The notes beneath the pieces were generated by a model, which was not told the origin of the DNA, searched no databases, and saw only the letters and a program-made list of their open reading frames with translations. A stretch of 64,000 nucleotides of DNA from a virus, in IMG/VR virus record IMGVR_UViG_3300024265_000031. One strand, given 5' to 3'. Below are positions 56,464 to 64,000 of the stretch, one piece after another. The translations under genes were made by a program, and so were the position numbers. Positions within the stretch are counted from its first letter, which is position 1, and every line of letters starts with the position of its first letter.

Positions 56464-56616
56464 TGTGGTGGATTGAAGAAATTGAGATGAAAAAATGGTT
56501 TCCCAGAAAATATGCAAAATTTTACTGCGATCATCATAGATCCAATAAAACAGAACCGCATAAAACTAGAGGTGGACAAGGTATTGTAGCAAAAGTATTT
56601 AATAAAAGGAAAACAA

Positions 56617-57447
56617 ATGCGAACAGAACCCGTTATTTATGATGTATGTAGATACCAAATTTGGGATCCTGGTAGAAAAGAACACATGGATGTGGATAAA
56701 TTTGTTAGTGTAGCACCCGTACAAGAATTCAACGTGTGTAGGGCTACAATTGCGGATTATTATACAGATCCTCATACATCATGGTTCTTTGATCAGATGT
56801 TAGAAAAGAAAATGCCCACAACATTCTATTTTGTAACAAATCAAAAAATTGATACTAATTCAGCTAGGGCAGCTAAAAAACATCTTGATTATTTAGATAA
56901 AGCAATTTATTCAAGAGTGAATCAAATTGGTTGTCCGCTAGTTTTAGATGTAGAAATTAAAGGTCAGAATCATAAATTCAATAATGACATGATTTATCGT
57001 ATTTTGAAAGACGGTGAACAGAAATATGGTCATAAATTTTTGATTTATACTGGATCTTATGCCTGGGATGAAATTATGGGCAAAAAGGAATGGCATAGAG
57101 AATATGAGCTCTGGATGGCTTGGTATGCTAAAGTTGGAGAATCTCAAAAATTACCAGATGAATTACGCATGCCTTCTACATTTGAACGAAAAAATCTTAT
57201 TATGCACCAAACTACAGACAAAGCAGATGGTAAAGCGAAGGGATGTACTTCATATGGTCTGGATTTATCTAGATGGGTGCATGAATCTAAAACCGCATCT
57301 GAATGGATGAATGATTTTAATGATAACCCAACAACACCACCAGATCCCCCTGTAGATCCACCAATAGAAGAAAATTGCGATCAAATTGAAAATGAACGCG
57401 ATGAACTGCAAGAAATACTTCAGCAGATAAAGGGCTTGGTTTGCTAA
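56617..57447 (+). CDS. GH25 muramidase (lysin) with Pro-rich linker
   Basis: YDV.RYQ, LDVE, IYTG, LWMAWY, HQ motifs. Confidence 0.8.
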   Translation: MRTEPVIYDVCRYQIWDPGRKEHMDVDKFVSVAPVQEFNVCRATIADYYTDPHTSWFFDQMLEKKMPTTFYFVTNQKIDTNSARAAKKHLDYLDKAIYSRVNQIGCPLVLDVEIKGQNHKFNNDMIYRILKDGEQKYGHKFLIYTGSYAWDEIMGKKEWHREYELWMAWYAKVGESQKLPDELRMPSTFERKNLIMHQTTDKADGKAKGCTSYGLDLSRWVHESKTASEWMNDFNDNPTTPPDPPVDPPIEENCDQIENERDELQEILQQIKGLVC

Positions 57448-57486
57448 GGGGATAGGGATATTCTGTTTATTGTGGGGAAATTGATT

Positions 57487-57518
57487 GTCTGGGGTGGGTT
57501 GCTCTTCCCACCCTAGAC
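57487..57518 (+). terminator. GC-rich hairpin after lysin
   Basis: GTCTGGGGTGGG/CCCACCCTAGAC stem; weak U tail. Confidence 0.5.
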
Positions 57519-57726
57519 TAGTTCTAAAAATTGAAAAAATTATTTATTTTATTCAAAATAAGATAATTGTGATTGTCTTATATTGAATGCAATAAATATA
57601 ATTGCAGAAAATTATACCCCTTGAATAGCATGTCGATGATGAGTGGGGGGATGCTATTCAATAATAATATTTTAGTCAGCTTTAAAAATGAGTATTCCTA
57701 GCTGAAAATACATAAGGAGAATAAAA

Positions 57727-58536
57727 ATGTTTAAAAATAATTTTGTTGTTGCAATTCAGATGGATAGAAAATCTATAAGAGAAAGTGGAGATCAAGTTTT
57801 TCTTCCTTTTGATTCAGAGTACGGAATTTATCTGAAAAATTTAAATAGCGTAGATGCTGTTGTAGATGTTTCAATTGATGGATGCGATGTGTTGAATGGG
57901 AATTCCATTGTGGTAAGGGCAAATTGTGCCACTGAATTATTGGGATATATGAATGGCAATGTAGTCAAAAATAAATTCAAATTTATTGAGATGTCTCAAA
58001 AGATTGCTGATCATCGCGGGATTAAACCAGAAGATGGAATTATAAGAATTGAATTTAAGTTTAAAAAACGATATCCTATGTTTCAACCACAACCTGCTTG
58101 GGTGATAAAACCTTATTGGCCTGTATATAGAGAATATGTATGGTATGGTGATTATACTACATATCCTGCGGGAACTACATATAGTGTAGATACCATTAAT
58201 ACTGGTGGAGACATATCTTGTACAAGCAGTATTAATGAAACTGGAACGACTTTTAGTGTGCCAGTTGCGACAAATTTATCCCAAGAACAAGACTTTGGCA
58301 ATTCTGGAATTACAGTTCCAGGCAGCGAAACCCAACAAAACTTTACTCCAACATATGTGGGAGCATTAGAAGATCAGTCTCATGTAATTACATTGAGATT
58401 GTTTGGAGAAAAAGAAAATACGTCTGTATTGCAACCTACTTTTACAAGAACAAAAGTTATATGCGTGACTTGCGGAACAAGCTGCAATACAAAATTAAAA
58501 TTCTGTGGGGAATGCGGAACTTGTTTGAAGTACTAA
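57727..58536 (+). CDS. Conserved phage protein with C-terminal double zinc ribbon
   Basis: LPFDSEY.I.LKN, IDG.DVL, GITVPGS..Q.F, CVTCG...FCGECG. Confidence 0.82.
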   Translation: MFKNNFVVAIQMDRKSIRESGDQVFLPFDSEYGIYLKNLNSVDAVVDVSIDGCDVLNGNSIVVRANCATELLGYMNGNVVKNKFKFIEMSQKIADHRGIKPEDGIIRIEFKFKKRYPMFQPQPAWVIKPYWPVYREYVWYGDYTTYPAGTTYSVDTINTGGDISCTSSINETGTTFSVPVATNLSQEQDFGNSGITVPGSETQQNFTPTYVGALEDQSHVITLRLFGEKENTSVLQPTFTRTKVICVTCGTSCNTKLKFCGECGTCLKY

Positions 58537-58542
58537 TTTACA

Positions 58543-59847
58543 TTGAGGAGATGCATTTTGAAAAACGAAATTTTTATAGCATGTTTGAAAGAATATAACA
58601 CAAATATAAAAAGTCCATATTGGGACAAACTTGCAAAGAAATTTGATTTGTATGGGGGAAATGGTGAGAAATTAAGATCTGCATTTAAGAATGAAAGAAG
58701 AAAGAGGGGTATTCCTCCTAAAGGAAAGAATTCTGAAACTAATGTATTGGGCAATGAAGACATAGAATATATGGAAACATTTTCTATCAAAAATGATGGA
58801 AAAATGTATTCAGATAAAGTTATTGCAATTCATGAAGAAGATAAAAAAAATCCTGAAAAACTTTTAGAACTTCACGGATTTAATCCTGAAACATGGAGTG
58901 TTTTTCATTGTACGAATAATTTGTGGCATGCTCAACGTAAAAACGATCAAGGCCATCTTTTAATGTATCAGTCTAAATTGACTGCTAGACCTAAGAAATT
59001 AGAAGGTATTACTTTTGATGATATTGAAAAGTTTTTTAAGAAATTCAAACCACTTAATGTTTCCGCTCAGTCTAAACCATCACATTATGATAAAGATGGA
59101 TTGATGCTTGAGGTTGATATAGCAGATATTCATATTGGTGGAAAACCATTTGGCAGAGATTTGGGAGAAGATATAAAAGAAAGGTTTATACGGCTTATTG
59201 ATGATGTTTACAATAGGGCTAAAACACAACCCAAATTTGCAAAAGTTCTTTTAGTTGGACTGGGTGATATATTCCATTTTGATAATATCAAAAATACAAC
59301 TGTATATGGTACTGTCATGGAAACAAACGGCATGGATTATTCAGAAATTTTTGACCTTGGTGTTGAAATGCTTGTTTATGCCATTGATTCTTTATCTAGA
59401 CTTGCACCATTAGAATTTATATTTCTACATGGCAATCATGATAAAACGTTTTCTTTCTTTTTAGCAAAGGTATTAGAAACTCATTATAAAGATGATAAAA
59501 ATATTCTTGTTGATAGCAAAACATTGCCGAGAAAATTTAGGTTGTTTGGAAATTCTCTTGTTGGTTTTGCTCATGGAGATATGGCTAAAGCAAGAATGCC
59601 TTCTTGGTTGCATCTTGAAGCAAGAAAGGAATGGAGTCTTTCAAAAAGCGTAGAAGTTCATGCGGGACATTGGCATTCTCAGACAACTATAGAAAAAAAT
59701 GGTATGGTTATTCGGTATGTGCCAAGCATTGCCAATATAGATCAATGGCATTATGAAAAGGGATTTATAGGATCTAAAAAAGCTACAGTTTCATTTGTTT
59801 GGACAAAAAATAATGGACTAAAGGAAATGTGGTTTCATAATGCGTAG
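58543..59847 (+). CDS. Calcineurin-like metallophosphoesterase (SPbeta YonJ-like)
   Basis: DIH, GD, GNHD, HGD, GHWH motifs. Confidence 0.88.
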   Translation: MRRCILKNEIFIACLKEYNTNIKSPYWDKLAKKFDLYGGNGEKLRSAFKNERRKRGIPPKGKNSETNVLGNEDIEYMETFSIKNDGKMYSDKVIAIHEEDKKNPEKLLELHGFNPETWSVFHCTNNLWHAQRKNDQGHLLMYQSKLTARPKKLEGITFDDIEKFFKKFKPLNVSAQSKPSHYDKDGLMLEVDIADIHIGGKPFGRDLGEDIKERFIRLIDDVYNRAKTQPKFAKVLLVGLGDIFHFDNIKNTTVYGTVMETNGMDYSEIFDLGVEMLVYAIDSLSRLAPLEFIFLHGNHDKTFSFFLAKVLETHYKDDKNILVDSKTLPRKFRLFGNSLVGFAHGDMAKARMPSWLHLEARKEWSLSKSVEVHAGHWHSQTTIEKNGMVIRYVPSIANIDQWHYEKGFIGSKKATVSFVWTKNNGLKEMWFHNA

Positions 59848-59859
59848 GAGTTAATCATT

Positions 59860-60843
59860 ATGGCTCAAAGAATAAAAAGCAGACAAAAAAAAACAGTGGG
59901 ACAAATTACCAAAACGGGTGTTACTGTAACAGAATGTTATTGTAGAAAATGTATGCAAATGAAGCACCCAAAGTTTTTTTATTCTGCGGTTGATCCTTCT
60001 TTAGATGCTAATGGTAAATTTTCTGTTTGTACTGAATGTATTAATGATATGTTTAATAGGTTTTTTCAAATTGAATTGACAATGGAAAGAACGATTCTGA
60101 AGCTGTGTAGATTATTGAATTTACAATACGATGAGAATGCCATTGTTGCTTTGAAAAAACAGTTGGAAACAGAAGAACAAAAGGGGAAAGCACCTTCTGG
60201 GATTTTTGGAAAATATAAAGCAAGATTAAGTGCTGTCAATAGAACAAAGTTTGGCAAAGATGGTTCTGCTGACGATGAATTGGTGTTTGTTGAACCAGCC
60301 AAAGCTGTTCCAGCACAATCATTGGAAGATGTTGGTGTTGAAATAGATATAGCAGACCATTGGAAATCATTTTGGGGTATTGACTTTAATGTAGAAGATT
60401 ATCTATATCTGGATCAAGAACTTGCTAATTGGAAACGCACTAATAAATGCGATACACATCAAGAAATAACTCTTATGCGAGAAATATGTTTTATTCAAAA
60501 CGATCTTCGAAAAGCAAGGATGGCTGATAAAAATACTGCTGGATTACAAAAGAACCTCATGGATGTAATGAAAAGCAGTGCTCTTACTCCAGCATCACAA
60601 AATGCGGCTTCTAGTGGTAAAAGTGCTGATGCATTTGGTGTGTGGATAAAACAAATAGAAGGATCTACTCCTGCGGAATGGTGGGAGGATAATGAGTTAT
60701 TTAAAGATGTAGATGATATTGGGAAATATATTAAAAACTACATTACACGTCCTATAAAAAATTTTATTGATGGAAGTCGCGATTTTACAATTGAAGAAAT
60801 AAACGAGATGAAAGGTAAGGGAATTCTCGAAGAGGTGAAATAG
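59860..60843 (+). CDS. Zinc-finger protein upstream of terminase (YonG-like, candidate small terminase)
   Basis: CRKC...CTEC; WG..F...DY..L; FGVWIK.IE...PAE; synteny. Confidence 0.72.
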   Translation: MAQRIKSRQKKTVGQITKTGVTVTECYCRKCMQMKHPKFFYSAVDPSLDANGKFSVCTECINDMFNRFFQIELTMERTILKLCRLLNLQYDENAIVALKKQLETEEQKGKAPSGIFGKYKARLSAVNRTKFGKDGSADDELVFVEPAKAVPAQSLEDVGVEIDIADHWKSFWGIDFNVEDYLYLDQELANWKRTNKCDTHQEITLMREICFIQNDLRKARMADKNTAGLQKNLMDVMKSSALTPASQNAASSGKSADAFGVWIKQIEGSTPAEWWEDNELFKDVDDIGKYIKNYITRPIKNFIDGSRDFTIEEINEMKGKGILEEVK

Positions 60844-62089
60844 TGTCTTATAAAAACTTCAAAAATGAATATAGGCAGGGCGCACGTAGCTCAAATGTTT
60901 TTAGACAGCCTAAAATAATGAAGACGGAAAAGGAAATAACTCAAGAAAGAAAAAATAGACAAATTGATTGGATTACTTTTTATAGAAGAAACGTTCATAG
61001 GTTTATAGAACATTATTTTGGGATAACACTACATCCATATCAAATTATATGGATTTATGCAATGTCTGTAAGTGATTCGTATGTTTCTATATGTAGTCGT
61101 GCTGTTGGTAAAACATGGTTGCTTGCTATATATGCTATGGCAAGAGCAGTTTTATATCCTGGCTCAAAAGTAGTAGTAGTAAGTTCTACTAAAGAACAGG
61201 GTGGTATTATTATTGATGAAAAAATCAAAGACTTGCGAGATGAATATCCAAATGTTGCAAGAGAAATAAAAAGTTTGACTTCTAATATGAATGTAAGAGA
61301 GGTTGAATTGCACAATGGAAGTCGTGTGGTTGTGGTTGCAGCAAGAGATTCGAGCAGAGGTAAACGCAGCACGTTCACAATTTACGAAGAATTCAGACTC
61401 ATTGAGAAAGAAGTTATAGACGCTATAATTAGGCCGTTTTCATTTATTAGACAAACGCCATATTTGAAAAATCCAAAATATCAGCATCTTGTTGAAAGAT
61501 CAAAAGAAGCATTTATTTCTTCTGCGTGGCGCAAGGGTGAATGGTGGCACGAAGAAACATTGAAAAATATAAAAAATATGATTCTTGGTAAAAATTTTGG
61601 GTTTATTGCAATTGATTATTTAGCTGCTATAAAACACAGAATAAAAACTAAAGAAATGATTGAAGATGATAGGGCGGCAATGGATGACGTTACTGCCCTT
61701 ATGGAAATTGATAATATTCCTTGGGGTGAAAGTGCCCTTGCGTATTTTAAATTGCAAATGCTTACAAGGGATAGAAAAATAAAGAAAGCTTTTTATCCTC
61801 AAAGAAATGAAACATATAACGAAAGAAAAAATCCTTATCAGTTAGATATTGCTGGAGATGAAGTTAGAATTGTTACTTGCGATATTGCTCAAATAGCTGG
61901 AAAGGCAAATGACCTTTCCATTACTGGATGCATTAGGTTGTTGCCAACCAAGAAGGGATTTCGCAGGGAGTTGGTTTATATGGAATCATATTCTGGAGTC
62001 AATTCTATTTTACAAGTATTGAAAATTAAACAAATTTATTATGATTTTAGGGCTGATTATTTAGTGTTGGATATGATGAATAGCGGGAT
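60843..62089 (+). CDS. terL: Terminase large subunit, exon 1 (YonF-like)
   Basis: LHPYQ, SRAVGKT Walker A, RGKR, YEEF Walker B, ISSA, nuclease DIA...NDLS. Confidence 0.92.
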
Positions 62090-63202
62090 AAATTAAGTTG
62101 TCCTCCTCATTGGTGACTTTGAGGTAATAAATTGCGGAATTAAGCGTGAAAGCTGAGAAGCCAACGCGAATCGAAGTCCATTTTTAAAAAAATAGACAGA
62201 GGCAGAGCGTAGAAGTTGAACCTATTTATAGAATATAATACTTCCAAGAGGCCGCAATATCTTTTTTGGAGAAAAGAGAAATGATTGTAGATCAACATGT
62301 TGAAACACGATGGAATAGCAGAACTAAAAAATATTACGAAGAGTTGGGATATGAGTACACTAAGATGGGTGATTCTATTTTTGTATTGGTGTCCGATTTG
62401 AAATTTAGCAGTTGTGAAAAAGTAAAAATAGAATGTGATTATTGTGGTAATCAATATGGTGTTCGTTGGGCAAGTAGAACAGCCAATCTTGCAAGAACGC
62501 CTATAAAGAAAGATGCTTGTGATGAGTGCAAGCATATAAAGGCAAGTGAAACTCTTTTTTTTAGATATGGGGATCATAGAATAATGTATATTCAAGAATT
62601 TAAAGATAAATTGACCAATACATTTTTAGAAAAATATGGAGTTGAAAATCCTTTTGAATCTGACGAAATAAAAAAGAAAATTATAGAAACTAATTTAAAA
62701 AAATATGGAAAGCCACATTATAATCAAACTAAAGAAAGTCAAGAAAAAAGAAAATCTACTATGTTTGAAAAGTATGGTGTAGAACACATTATGCATCTTT
62801 CGGAATATCAGGAGAAAATGACAGGATCAAATCATCCTAGTTGGAAAGGCGGTGTAAGACATCCAAGGTGGGATAGACTACAGCCACCATATAAAGAATG
62901 GCGAGATTCAGTTTATGGTAGGGACAGGTATACTTGTCAGAAATGTTTACAGCACAGCAATAAATTAGAAGCACATCATATATTAAATTGGAATGATTTT
63001 GAAAATGAGAGATATAATGTATCTAATGGTATTACATTTTGTCAGAATTGTCATATAGAATTTCATAGAGAATATGGGAAAAAGAAAAATAATTCAGAAC
63101 AACTTTCTGAATTTCTCCAAAAAAGATAAAGATTTACGCCGAACTAACAGGAAATGAACTGTTAGAACATAGGGATAAAAAGCCTTATGGATAACAAAAT
63201 TG
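62090..63202 (+). mobile_element. Group I intron (IA-like, 1113 nt) in terL
   Basis: P1 GGGAU/GUCCU with U.G splice site, P10 AACU/AGUU, P3 AUUGCGG/CCGCAAU, P7 GAGCGUA/UACGCC with bulged A, terminal G at 63202; splicing restores the frame. Confidence 0.9.
62266..63129 (+). CDS. Intron-encoded HNH homing endonuclease (likely start ATG 62281)
   Basis: KYG-type repeats; CQKC..LEAHHI...SNGITFCQNCH..FH. Confidence 0.9.
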   Translation: MEKREMIVDQHVETRWNSRTKKYYEELGYEYTKMGDSIFVLVSDLKFSSCEKVKIECDYCGNQYGVRWASRTANLARTPIKKDACDECKHIKASETLFFRYGDHRIMYIQEFKDKLTNTFLEKYGVENPFESDEIKKKIIETNLKKYGKPHYNQTKESQEKRKSTMFEKYGVEHIMHLSEYQEKMTGSNHPSWKGGVRHPRWDRLQPPYKEWRDSVYGRDRYTCQKCLQHSNKLEAHHILNWNDFENERYNVSNGITFCQNCHIEFHREYGKKKNNSEQLSEFLQKR

Positions 63203-63767
63203 AACTATGTATGATATGTTAGGTGCAATCACCAAAGACGAAGAAAGAGGAAAGGAATATCCTCCCATGACTATCATGGAACATAAATCTCTTGATGCTG
63301 CAAAGCGCGAAGAATTATTTGAAAGAACAACTGGATTGAATGCATTACCTATGATATATCCAATTAGTGCAGGTGCTAGAGATAATGCAAATATTGCGGT
63401 AGCAATGAAAGACGTTCTACAAAAAAGAATGTTTCATTTGTTAATTGAAGAGTCTTCAGCGGGTGATTATCTGGTTAGATCACCATATAGAAAAGAATAC
63501 ATGGATCCCGAAGATCTTGCTGCCAACTCGTTCTTTATCGCTCCATATGTTCAAACAAGTTTATTTATCAATGAATGCATCAATCTTGAACAAGGATTGG
63601 CTAGTGGTCTTTTAAAATTGACTGAGCCTGGGGGTCAGAGAAAAGATAGGTATACTGCTATATCTTATGGTAATTATTTTGCTTCTATATTAGAACAAGA
63701 TTTATTGATGGAAAATGAAAATCAAGATATATTTAAACAAATGATGGCTGTAACGCAAGCTGTATGA
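63203..63767 (+). CDS. terL: Terminase large subunit, exon 2
   Basis: Joined reading LDMMNSG-I-T-MYDML; C-terminal RKDRYTA nuclease motif; spliced protein 603 aa. Confidence 0.9.
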
Positions 63768-63795
63768 TGTATCCTTGGGAAAGGAGGTATAAAAT

Positions 63796-64000
63796 TTGAC
63801 AGACAAAGAAAATGACATTCTTCTAACTGAAGAAGAAGTTTATCAAGTTGTAGAATTTGCAAAATTTTATGGATTGAATTATCCTGGCATGATGTCTTCT
63901 TCTCTTTTAAATCAGAGAATGCAAGACGTATCTATGAATCCTGTAGCGGCAACTGAAGCCACATTAGATGCTGCTTTGAAATCACCAAAGGATTCTGAAG
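63796..64000 (+). CDS. Probable portal protein, 5' part
   Basis: AAGGAGG RBS, TTG start, open to window end; directly follows terL. Confidence 0.6.
   Translation, partial: MTDKENDILLTEEEVYQVVEFAKFYGLNYPGMMSSSLLNQRMQDVSMNPVAATEATLDAALKSPKDSE

Noticed and set aside
62090-63202. Intein, programmed frameshift or simple gene disruption in terL
   Set aside because: Exon 1 frame stops immediately after the junction, no intein motifs, and group I core pairings restore the frame exactly
1-64000. Alternative genetic code / stop-codon reassignment
   Set aside because: Long genes are intact in code 11, all three stops are used, no suppressor tRNA; the single internal TAA at 12691 is isolated

Overview
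AT-rich segment of a large tailed-phage (or prophage) genome with SPbeta-like late-gene order. 1-48.6 kb is almost entirely minus-strand: a nucleotide-sugar operon (glycosyltransferase, epimerase, SDR, Gfo/Idh/MocA, GHMP kinase) interrupted by an HNH gene, then about 90 mostly small ORFs driven by many consensus sigma70 promoters. These include guanylate kinase, 5'-nucleotidase, PTP, nucleotidyltransferase, DNA methylase, DUF932, beta clamp, CCA-adding enzyme, GHKL ATPase, UvrD-like helicase and DUF262, plus five CCA-less tRNAs. After a 1.5 kb non-coding region and a divergent promoter pair at 48.6 kb, the plus strand encodes a YonO-like single-subunit RNA polymerase (probable AUU start), HU, probable virion proteins, a GH25 lysin, a metallophosphoesterase, a large terminase split by a group I intron carrying an HNH gene, and the start of a probable portal. 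The most striking unexplained structure is an 18-bp palindrome, ATRAAA-N6-TTTYAT, with a variable 6-bp core. About 47 perfect copies (counted by eye) sit at gene boundaries between stop codon and RBS, and the ends of a duplicated gene fall at the cores of these sites. This suggests an integron-like gene-cassette system, although no recombinase is visible in this window. Other oddities are an anticodon-less tRNA-like RNA, a T-loop minihelix, a hammerhead-like RNA and a GC-rich 36-bp tandem repeat with pseudoknot topology. All calls were made by eye without database searches.
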